A DNA stretch of 64,000 bases from Tubiluchus corallicola (lineage: Eukaryota; Animalia; Priapulida). Below are positions 38,401 through 50,700 of the stretch, piece by piece. The notes beneath the pieces are model-generated. The model was not told the DNA's origin. It searched no databases and was given only the letters and a program-made list of their open reading frames with translations. Positions within the stretch are counted from its first letter, which is position 1. Each line of letters begins with the position of its first letter. Both the position numbers and the translations under genes were made by a program. The stretch lies in NCBI GenBank assembly GCA_030141605.1, contig JAQGDQ010000396.1, positions 1-64,000 on the forward strand, given 5' to 3'.

Positions 38401-41400
38401 AGGCTTGGCATTTCCTGATGTGCCAGTGCTAACCTAAGACTCAAAGCTCGTCTTAATACCTCTTCCTTCCTTAAATTTCTTTTTAAAGAAGCTTTGCTAT
38501 CTTCTCTTTCATTCAGCATAATACTTTTGTTATCTGAGGAATTTTCGAGGGAAACTATTCTTTCTTTCTTTGTACTTAAGAAAGACACACACACATGTGT
38601 ACACAATACATCTCACGACGATCCTCAACACGTGTGTGTGGGAGGCAGAAACGTCTTCAGAAATTTCTCCTCCAGCGAAGACGAGAGAGCCCATGATCAT
38701 TGTGAACAAAGGGATGATGATGTTTCAGTGGGCATGTCAGTCATGAGCATGAGCTGCCCTCGGCTTGACAGGCCAGCAAAAAACCCGTGAATGAAGGAGC
38801 TCAATCTCAGCTTTCCGGTGTCTGCATTCTTCAACTGCAAGAATTCAGCACTACAAAAAGCTGTTTTGGGTAGAAAATACCGCCCTTTGTAGCGAAATAT
38901 GTCGCTTTGCCGGTCGCTAGTGTGTAAACACGACCGGTGTCATACAGGGAACATTAACTCTTTGCTTTGTGAGAGAAATCAGTGATGGATATAATTGTGA
39001 CGGAGCTGATTTTTTATCAGTTTTGTCTTTAGACAAAATAAAAAAATTGGCCCTTTATCAAAATTCTCAGTACTGGCTAATACTTTAGCAACTAACAATT
39101 CTATTTCACTCTATTTTGCTGTTTGGCCACAGTTAGGCATGTTTGTATCGGCGCCCAAACTGAAAAGGTGCCAGGGCATTACATATGCGTTGCTAATGCG
39201 TTTCAACTTCAATGAGTTAAATTTGCAGGTTTCTAAAGTGAACTCCGTGCACTAGAATTTCTTTAAATTTTCTATTTGTATTAGCCAACAATTCCTGGCC
39301 CATATTTTAATAATTTCTTTTGACGTTTTGTTGAACGTCTTTTGTCTTTCTTTTGTCACTTAAGTGGATGCACAATCATAATACGTGCAGCAGGCATGCA
39401 CACCTCGTAATATGACAACACCCCATTGCTCATTTAATGAAATGGTGTCAAGAACGTCATCGGCTTGTCTTCTGTTGTCAATTTGTCTTAGCTACAACTA
39501 GCAGACACTATGACACTATCATTACTTATTTGCCATCATCATCATCATGTTTGTCATCGTTATTGTTGCCATCGCCATCCCTGTCATCATCATCATTATC
39601 GCCTCTGTCCCGTCAACATGACTGCAGCCCAACTTGACCAAAGCCTTGTCGCCATCTGTTATAATGGCAAATTTCCTTTGCAGACGTTATTAATTTTATT
39701 GCAAAAGGTAATTTTGAGGAACCAATAGGTTCAAGTCAGTCGGCGACTGTGTGGCTTTATCTCGTCTTCTCATACACAGGATGTCAACTATTGCAACTGC
39801 AATAAAAATACCTCTTTCGGTAATTTCAGTACTTTGCACAAAGTTACGGTTTTAATCATTCCTTTCACGACTCGGGGATGGCCGTTATGTGAACAAATCA
39901 CTTATTTCCACCTCCGAGTTTGTCGCTAAGAGACCAGACTGAAAAAATGTCCTGTTATCTGTAACGTTGTTATCGAACGTTGTCACTTAGGAAGGGGGCG
40001 GATTCACAAAATTCGTGTGTCCTTTTTGAAACCCAGTAAAAAGTTTATAGTTTTTTTGAGAACTGACAGATTTATTTTTTTGATAACAGATAACCTTGTA
40101 CTAACATTTTCGAAGAATCGCATATTTTCTATCCGGTAGAACCATTATATTCACTTACTCATTGTGTTTAGTTTCTGGCCTTTGCTCGTCAGTAATGTCT
40201 TTTTTATGTCTACATCTTGTCATTGTCAGTTTATCTGTAAACCAGTAGGTAGTCTGTGACTTCAAGCTCTGTAACTCTATATATAAATAATGAAAATTTC
40301 AAGAAATGTATATGTACCAAATGTGTATATACCAATATGTACCAAAAATACATATTAATTCCACATGTCATCAGACGACTAGGGCAACGTGAATGACTTA
40401 CTTTTTTTAAATCATTATTATTTTCTAAGCTAAGTAGACCTAGCAGAACTCATTTTGTTATGTCACTTAGTACATCAATTTGTTATCTCATTCATAAGCA
40501 AAATTCTTCTAATAGTGATCTTTGGAGCTCATTTAATACGCTTTTTAGCTGTTTTGGTGACTCGTAAATCTAGCAGTATTAGAATGAAGTTGAAGACATT
40601 TCTAATCCTTGATCGTGGATGCTCAAACGCATCTTAATTAATGTTTTTTGACCGAGTAAAAATGCCTTGACAGTTCAGTTTGCCTCTAGGGCAAGGCTTT
40701 TCTCTAACACCACATTATTGCGATTGCCATCACTTCCATTGCTTTTCTTCTATTCCGCTTAATGCATTTCTTTTTTTCATCTCATTATATCCTATATTAG
40801 GATATTATACCCGTGATGGGGGTTAGGGAATGTGCGTAAGCTGGGATCTGGCATTGTTTGCCTGTCGTAATTTGCAGAAATTGGGGATTCAGTTTGACAC
40901 GTGATGGACGTTTCCCAATTGTCAATGGTGATGCGTTGTCGGAAAGTGCTCTTTTCAATCTGTTGATGGTTTATTGTAATGGACAGATATGGCGGTTTTT
41001 TAATAAAAAGTGAGAAATCGGAATTTTCTCATGGCCAAGACTGTAAAATTGTGGTTGTTGTTGTTGTAGCAATGGTTACATACAAATGGTTATGCCATTG
41101 TGTTTGTGGTTTTGGATTTTGGTGCAATGGTGGCAGTGATGATTATGACGCGTGATGATAGTGATTATGACGATGATCATAATAGCGATACAACAAAGGC
41201 GACAACGATATTAAGCGACTGTACTAAGAACCAATCTGGATGGTTCGAGTTTCAGTTAATACAATGTCTGTAGATTGAAACGTTCTACTTTTTTGGTGAC
41301 AGTATTCTTATTTGTCTTTGTAAGAGACCTCGGCTATGTCATTTTCATGGAAAACCTTGAACTCTCGTTGTCTTCATAATGAGTACTACAACTCGCTGTA

Positions 41401-44400
41401 ATCCAACAATGATACAATTTAAGCTATTTGTACAAAATGCCATTGTCACTGACTGATAATACTTTGTGTAATTCTAACGAGTACACGAGCACAGTTAGAT
41501 CCTACTTTGTCAAAGCTCATAACTGAACAAGATTTCTTTGCACTGTATTAGGTGTCCTCTATCTCTCAGGGTGGGATCTTCTGTTAAGCTTTCACACCTA
41601 TTATGATGTAATGCACTTCACAATGGCCAAAGACACGGGTAACTAGATAGTATACTATGACAATGTCCTGTCACTACGATGGTCAAATCCTCCCACTTCT
41701 TGTGTGACTATATCTAAGCCTAATTGAACAATGGACTGTCATTAGTACGTACTTTGTGTGACAATGGCTTGTCATTGTCATCTGAGCAAGGACTCCAAGC
41801 TGTGAGAACAGAATCGGAATAAATCCTGGAATTATCCTGTCACAATCCTGACAATCAGTGCTGGGTCAGGCGCTAAGACAATGAAATAACTGTAAGAAGG
41901 TCGCGTTGTGTAAGACGCTCTCACGCGTCTTGTCAGCGTTAGATCAGGCACCCTCTTGTTTGATTCTGGTTGCTGAACAAATAGATGAAGATTTTCTCGA
42001 ATTCAGATTCCTTAGATAATGTGTTCATTTACGTCTGTCTTTGTTTATCGTTCAGTGCTTTTTTGTTCTAGCTAAAATTGATTTTGCAAATGCTAATCTT
42101 GCGCCTCTGTCTGTGATGGACTTATACTAACTTCCAAAATTCTTGTTTCTCTTCACTTGTGTGGAGTCTCATTCGTGTTTTGACTTTGGTCTCGCGTCTT
42201 CCTTAATTGAGCATTGGATTATACATTCCTGGTTTGGATTGACCCAAAATTTTTGATATAGCAAGAAATATATCACAGAAATATATGGCTGTACTAGTGC
42301 GCTGATATAGCAGTGCCAAGCATTCCTTAATAAAGTTTGTAACAGCAAATGGTCAAAGTACTCCAAGTCGTTTGGTTAGCATTTGTAATGATGCTAGCGC
42401 CACTCGTCATGCAAAAAATCCAGTCATATGTTGCCATACCTGAACTGTTACGTGTGGCTTTTGATTAGTCGATAGGTATCATAATTGTTTTTTACTTGGC
42501 AGGCAGGTAACCGCTATTCCACTCCACACCATTATATACTTTATTATTTTGCTTCAGGAATGGGAGGTGGTACTTCTGAGCAGATTACGGTGGGATCTGT
42601 CGGCGGTTACGGCGCTAGATTTTTTAGAACTGTTGATATCACGACTACAGATACCACCAGACAGAGCCCAGATGGTGAAGAGTCACAGTAAAACGTTTAT
42701 TGACCTATGTGCAACAGGTAGGTATCTGATTGTTTATGAAATTGATGGTTGTGATTAATTTAATGTATCAATTGTTACAATATAATTGATTGGTATTGTT
42801 GATGTAACGTTGCTTTGTATATTCAAGAATTGTCACTGTAACAAGGGATGTTTGTGTATGGTCTTAGTACTTCTTGTTTCGACCGACCATTTTTGTGCAT
42901 CACAGCACTATACAGAATAAAGTTGTAATTCAGACTTCAATGGTAGGACTTACTTATGTAGTTGACTGCAGTGTAATTCTTTACTAAGGATAATATTCTA
43001 AGACGAGACATTGATCTAGCAAAGGTGTCTCGATTACGTTCTGAACAAAATATCCGCACTCAGTGAGATAAAAGGCTTTATGTACATGAGCTGACTTCCT
43101 CGTATCACCGGTCCAACTGCTGAGCAGGTTTTGCGCCGCTTAACATAGGTAGTTAAACGTAGACCGTGACCACTCAGCTAATTTTTCAATCTGCAGCGAA
43201 AGATTAACTTACTTTTATTAATGATGTGTCTTTATTTGTTTGGCTAGCCCTGTGCATATTTAAAAAAACCGTTCTCAGAATGGGTGGCTCTGGGTTCGAT
43301 TAAAATGAATCGATTATACGTTTTGCTTTTGATTTCTCATTATATACTTTGCACTTTATCTTTTGATATTTATGCAAATAAAGACTTTGTATAATATGCG
43401 AATATCAGATAAAGACTTTGTATAAACTATTTTCTAAGAAACCAAAAAGGAAGAACCATAACTGTGTGCAAATGTACAACATTCTTGAACTGATATAAGC
43501 CATAATTACCTGTACGGTAGAAAATTTATACAACTATTTCAATTTCGTATGTCTTTCAATAAAAATTCCTTTCCAAATAGAGTCATACGTCATACACGAG
43601 TAGTTAGGTAGCTACAAATGGACGCCAAGAGATGAACGTTTAAGGATATCCATTTTCAACAAAATGTTGTTTGCGAATTAATTGTTTTAATGAAATTAAC
43701 ATGTTATAACAATCACCTGTCATTATCGCCTGTACTAAAGTCAAAAGTGCTTATTCAGGTTTATTTTATCAAAGTACTTATCCAGGTTTATTTTACCTGG
43801 TAACGCCAATCTAAATTTTTTACTTGTACATGTAGTTTAGTTTTTCAACGCTGCGTTTCTGCCTGTCATTTGTATACGTAGATTCTCGCAAAATAAACGT
43901 GACTGAACAGAGCTCTGCTCTTTTCTTTAGACACGGTCAACACGGTATAATGCATATGCTATATATAGAGACGGAAGTATTTTGTAGTGACACCAAGTGG
44001 CTTATTAGTTACTTGGTCACTGTCCGAGAGCAAACTAACTTCAAGTGACTACTGAATAAATTTACAAGAGAAAGTTTTTGTCTACCTGGATAATTAGTTG
44101 GTGGACATAGTGATTTAGGAAATAAGTGAATTGCTTCTCTGGGTGGTCAAGATTAATTTCATGATGGGTTGTCCAGTTGGTCAGTAGGACATCGTCAGCA
44201 ACAATAGAATGATACATGATTTGATAACAGGATGTCAATTAAGTTTATTTCCTTTCTTTCTTTAATGTCCCTTCTCTCTCTCTCGCTCATCAATTTTTCT
44301 TTCATTGTAATTTTTTCATTTATACATCGTTTTTCGTAGTTTTTCCTTGTAATTTTATTTTAAATGTGTGATGTTGTATTTTGTAAAATTAACTGTGGTT

Positions 44401-44640
44401 TGCAATAAAAGTATCAAATCTCTCACTTTCAATTTATTTCTCTCTTCCTCCTCGCTCTCTCTTTCTCTTTTTCTTTTTGACTCTTTATAATTTCATTTTC
44501 TGTATTCATTTAACTTTTATGATTCGCTGCGCTATTCTTTGTTTCTAATATTGGAAATATGTAAGGTATAATGTAATGTGATCGGAATAAAGTATTAAAT
44601 CAATTAAATCAAAATCATTAATCTGTCCTCTCCTCCACCC

Positions 44641-44693
<53 letters not shown>

Positions 44694-44698
44694 GTCTG

Positions 44699-44794
<96 letters not shown>

Positions 44795-47700
44795 TCTCTC
44801 TCTTTCCGTCTCCCTCCCCTCTCTAAATCATACCAAACCTCTCTTTTTCTCTCTTTGTCTCGTATCAGTTCTATCCCTGTTTCCCTTGCGCTTACTCTCT
44901 CTTTCACTCTCTTTTTGTTCTGTTTTTCTCTCTTTATTCTCTAGTGTTCTCTCTTTCGCTATTATTAATTTTGTGTTTTGCACTTGTAGTATGAAGTCAA
45001 AGATATATTATTTTGAATTTGTATCAAATTTGCTAGCATAATGCACGAGTTGTTCTGAACTCATTTTGCGAGTGATCCTTGTGAGATATCAACTGCATTC
45101 CAGTCTTTTAGACTAGCTTCGCTTGAGAATTGATGCAGTTTTTCAAGTAGCTTATTATGGATCCTTTTTGACTCTGTGAATTTAAAAGGACTAATTAGCT
45201 CAACAGAAACCTAATTCATCATAGTTGCTTATTGAAAGCAAAAGCGTGAGTTCCGTAGCTTGGGGCAGCAGCTTTTCCTGCAGTTTCGCACACTAACCCG
45301 CGTTTTGCAAGCCAAGCCAGGTCCAGAATGACCCTGGAGATACCATCAAGCATTTTGGCATTGTCCACCAGTGAGAGGCACCTGCGGGTCAAGAAAAATG
45401 AACTTTTATGATCCATGGTGGCCTAATTTGTTTGCCCTTGTCTTCGTAGAAATGCAAAATGTGGCTGCAATTTTTATGGCGTTTTAGCAACAGCTTTTTC
45501 AACGTGACATAATTGACATTTCCTGTTCTGCGTATGAAATAGCGGTGATGCCTAGATGGCCTGGGATAGGATATTGTGCAATTAATTATGTTAAACTTAC
45601 AAAGATAAGGCTTCATTAAACGTGTTCGCCATTTTCTGTCTGTAAAATAATTTGATGTTGTTCACTGTTAAGGTATTAACATACATTAATCATTTTCCTT
45701 CTTTTCCTGATTTATTATGTCATGTATCGCGTATCACTTACTGTTAAGAGTCGTTAGAAAATTTTAAAATAAGAAGAATTACACTTTTGACACTTGAAAC
45801 CTCCGTTTCCTCTTACCACCGTTGCCAGTCTGGGTGTTTTTATTGACCCTGCAAAAAGCACGTTAGTCCACATCGGGAGTCAGTACTTCCTGTCATAAAA
45901 TTTTTATCTTGTAAAATATACGTTTTATAATTCACCTGGATGGGAATTATCGAATATTTAAGGCAGGAAACGATTAAAGGTGCATACCTGTCAGGTAAAC
46001 GGCACATATCTTGCGAAATTGGTGGAATGAGTGAAGCTCTTATATTTCAGCACCAGCCATGACTTGCAGTCTAATTATTGCGTGAAATTAATTTATTTTG
46101 AAAATTATAAAAGGTTTCTTCTGGAAATCGTTCTATAGGATGAGTGTCTTTTTTGCTTTTGTTTTTAACCTGTTCTACCCTGGATTCACTGAACCCTTAG
46201 AGAATAGTAAAAAGGTACTCCAATTGTAATTTTTGGGGACAATTTTGACTTGCAGTTTGGCAGCCGTATAATAAATAATGTTGTCATCACACATAACAAT
46301 CCTAATTAACACTAACGATATAAAATAATTAGAAAGTGTGAAAAAGTATTGACCTCTCCATTGGAACTCGATCTAAGACATTTTGCTTTCTGGGCAACTA
46401 TGCTAAGCATTATGCTAACCACTAGCTATGCTAAAGCACTAAAGTAAATTAATAAATTAACTAATTTTGATTTCTCTTGCTATTTCGACATCGACTCTCC
46501 GCGCCACTCTCTGTAGCCTGGACAGATACCGACATGCAAGGAAAGAATTAATGTTGATTTTAGATAATGAATTTTGTCCACGCAAGCGTTCAGTGAATTT
46601 TTTCACCCTCTTTTATCTGGTTAGCCACCTCTATCACTTTGTTACTGAATAGAGGAGGATTTCATCTGTTCTGCCTCTGCATGACATTCTTATCCCTTTC
46701 ACTGGCCTCATTATCGTCTCAACAGAAGGAAGTTTCTACAATTTTAGGTTTTAGCACCGCAAAGAAAAGAGTTTTTATGACTTGTCTCTCTCAAAAGACT
46801 TGTTGTGACATATAGCCTTTCCAGACCGCGCCAACCGATAATTTTAAATAGTTTTCTTCATCAGAAGATGGCCAGCGAAATTAGCTGGTAACTTTTTTCA
46901 CAATGACATGCTTCATTTACATTGTTACGAGGTGGACATATAGCCCAAAATAGCTCTAAAGTGGTTTAATTTTAATGAAAGATGAAAGTTTTGTAGTGGA
47001 TTTAATGTTTGGTAAAATAAAAAAAGATAACTGCATTAAGTTGTATTAGATGCCAGTCACAGTTCATGTTTCATGTTTCTTAGTTTTTTTAATACTTTGA
47101 ATATACTGACCTACAATAAACAATCCTTTGACAGATTGCTAAAATCTCCTATCGATTAACTAAGCCTAGCTAAGATGGTATTTCCGATTCTCTGACAGCA
47201 GGATGAGCAATGTGCAGTTTAAACCTGGCAATTATCTCCCAATTTATGAAACACTTTCTTTACAAAGACGATCTTGTGTGTGGCCGAGAAAATCCCTACC
47301 GAGTCAGAACCAGAAAGGTTGACCATGAGACGTCTACTGGCAGTTTTTATGTGCTGTTCGTTTTTGAAAGTCTGGAACTCGTCCAATATTTCACACTTTG
47401 CACACAAAGACGTTTATGTAGACCGCCACCTATGGTAGTCTAATAATCTATTATGATAATAATGATGAAAAATGTTTAATACTGTTCACTTCATCTGTCT
47501 TTTTTGTAACAACAGAGATATAATTAATTTTAATGTTACAGAAGCAATTTGAATACATTTTTTGGGTATCACTTGCAATTATAACTTTTTCACATGGAAA
47601 AAAGAGAAGTACCCAAGTTCGTAAAAGATTTTAATCCAGGTTGCTGAGTATGTTTAATGCACAGTCTTGACATTTTCTGTGTATCACCCGTCTAAATTGG

Positions 47701-50700
47701 GATCAAAACACCAGTTACCTGTCTAGTTCTAACCAGGACTGTATCTTTCTGCCAGCGCCTCACTGCTATGTAAATATGGTTTGCGCAAATTTTTAGCATT
47801 TTCACTTATATGTATTAAGTTCTCGACTGCATCGTCACAGCAAAAGAAATTGCACATTTTGAAATTGTCTAGGTGATAAATAATTTTGTCAAGCCTTTCG
47901 GCCTGTCAGTGTGCATTGGTCTAGATTTTGGCACGTGCCGCAACTTAAATATGGCACTTCAATCTGGCTACAATTCCACATTTTCTATTATTGATGGACC
48001 TAAAGTAACACCTATGGCGGTGTTGATGATATTGTTTTTTGTATCTAATAAACCTTTATTATTGACTAATGTATTTGACTAGTGACTATTTAGTCAATAA
48101 AGAATTTGAAACCGGTAAATTTGTTTTGCTGAGGCACTTCGTTGTGTTTGATTTGCTTTTTTGGTATGTGATGTTTGGTGAACCTGAGAGCATTACTGCT
48201 TTCAAAATCTTGAATTCAAGATTCACCCAGATTTAATTCGACGGTCAGTGAGTGGCGAGAACATTGAAATGAACTTTCCACCTGTTTGTACCGAATATCT
48301 TCATTGACCTTTGCATGACCTCTGACCTTGGCCGAACTACCTTAAATGCAAAGCTTTAATTCAAAATTCAACATACATGTATAATCAGGATTACTACGTT
48401 TACTTTCGCTGCAGCACGAAATTTATTTTTCAAAAGCCATTGTGGTTTCACCACCCCAGTGTTCAATGCAATCGTGATGACGTCAGCTCTTTGTTAAAAA
48501 ATTCCATCTCATATCCCATATGCCGGCGCAATTGCCCCATTCAGTGGGAGCCAGACATATGGGTATGAAGTAATACGGGCAGGTGTGACATGTAGTCATG
48601 CATGGGCGAGCCAACTGTGTCACAATGAAGAAATGGATTGCACTACATATAAGTCTGCATATTGCGTATCTAATGATGCAACAGTTACGCGATGAAACTG
48701 CCCACACTTCAGGTATTTTTTCCTCATTGTAGACAGAAAAAACAATGAATCGTCGGTTCCATGTAACACCATGGTTTATTGGGGACAAAAACTGTGAAGA
48801 GAGCACGTCTAGGGGGTATTGGTTTGGCTACCTCTGCTTGTTGACGCCGCTGAGTGCATAGCGATTATTTAGAGCAACTTTAGAAAAAGCAGCTGCCGTG
48901 ATTTTGATATAGAATCATGCGCAGATGCAGTGGCAACAATACCCACCATTGTACAGCTTTTTTCTTTGTCACAGACATTATTATGTGTTGGCCCTATATA
49001 GGGGTGCTTGCAGGGTCAGTCCACAAAGGTCGTTAACATGGAAACTTGCACCATGTTTTTATCAGTACTAATGTACATCAAGGGTCTGCGATTAAAGCCG
49101 GGTCCTACATCGCATTGTAATTTTGATAGGTCGTGTCGAGAGTTGCATTACAGCACTCAGTGGTTGGCCCCGAAGTGCCCATTCTAAGGAGCAGTTGTGC
49201 CTGTAAGTGCCTATATAGGATAGGGTACTTTAAGTGCCCTGATAATGTAGAAATCCCAACTGAAAGATAAGTGAGAGCTAGAATGCTTGTTATGGCGTAA
49301 TACCATTATAACCCTAAGTGCCTCAGCTTGGCCCTTAGGGCCAAAACAAAACGCTTAAAAAGTATTTTTAATTTGTAAATGATTACCCGACCACGAAAAG
49401 ATCATATTACATTGTTAACAGTTGCAGTATAATTATGTAATTTCTGAATCCTAGAAATGCGAATGTCAAATTTTCAGTTAGATACACGTATATTCATTTT
49501 ATTGGAAAATTTAATCCGTTAATTAGCATCTATATAAGTACATGGCACTAAATGGTATGGTGATTCACCGATTCAAAACTGTTCAAATTAAGGCCCACAT
49601 TACCCCCACATAGTTATCCCTGAAATGAAAACATAATACATTATAAAAACTGTTGCTCATATCATTTCAACGCTGAGTAATAGCGCCCACTTTTGACAAC
49701 CGCCTGATAATTTCAGTGAAAATATGTAAATCTGAACGCTTTTTATATTCAAGAGATTTATAAAACTATGCTTGTTATACTTTAGTATATTTTTAATTTA
49801 TTTATTTTGTCAGCTGCAACAAAGTTCGCTTTTTACAAATACTTTTAACAAACAGTTCTCTAAATGACTGGATAATGAAGTGCTTTACATGTTTTTAAAA
49901 ACTCTAGGAAAGTCGTAAAACAAACGCTGTGTTTATGATCATGCCATCAAACAAGGACGCTGATTTACCTGTTAAAGGAGGATACTTCTATTCTTGTTTG
50001 CCTGGACCCACTTCTTTATAACAAGTAAAAAGGCTCGTCCAATGAAATCACCGGTGCGAGTATAAGACGCGTGACTTTGTTTGTTCTAAACTTCTTTGCT
50101 GAGGCGTTTAATTTCTGCAATCCACACCTGTCGCTATGTCCATGCTGGGGCGGATCTAAGATCGCAACTCCCAGTATTTTGCCTATATCGTTCCGAACAC
50201 ACACCCTCGACGATGCGTCTGCCTGGTGTATAGGTATATGGACATTTGATTGCTTTATTTCTGTGTGCACCTGCCGATTACAGTCGCGTGCCAATGCTCG
50301 CTACACGCCGCTGTCTCCGCGGGGTGAACTTTCTTTTCGACAGCTTCTCTTTTTAGCTCGGATCGCCTAAGATACCCCAGACATCCTATCCTTTAATGTG
50401 CGTACATTATAACGCCCCATAATTGTTACACACAGAGAGAGAAATCTGCAGCCGTTCATTGTAGGGCCAGGAGGTGATACCGGTCACCCTCAGTAAAATG
50501 GAACTGTCCGATGTGACCAAATTCTCGTCTGCTAGCTCGTCAAACAAATGTACTTTTCTGTTAGCGAAAATGTGGATAAATTACGGTAATTTTACGTTAC
50601 ACCTCTGTGTTATCAGCTGTCTCGTGCCATTCAGCGGTCATGCTAATTGAGCCCTCCCCCTCCCCATTCACCACCCTCCTCCTGACTGTGGGTAGCTCAC

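Noticed and set aside
43378-43425. 17-bp direct repeat with short spacer (also small duplications at about 7312-7352 and 60139-60213)
   Set aside because: Only two copies each; ordinary slippage duplication, not a CRISPR-like array.
38227-47619. Identical 14-mer GAAGTACCCAAGTT at 38227 and 47606
   Set aside because: Matches of this length are expected by chance in 64 kb of AT-rich DNA, and the flanks are unrelated.
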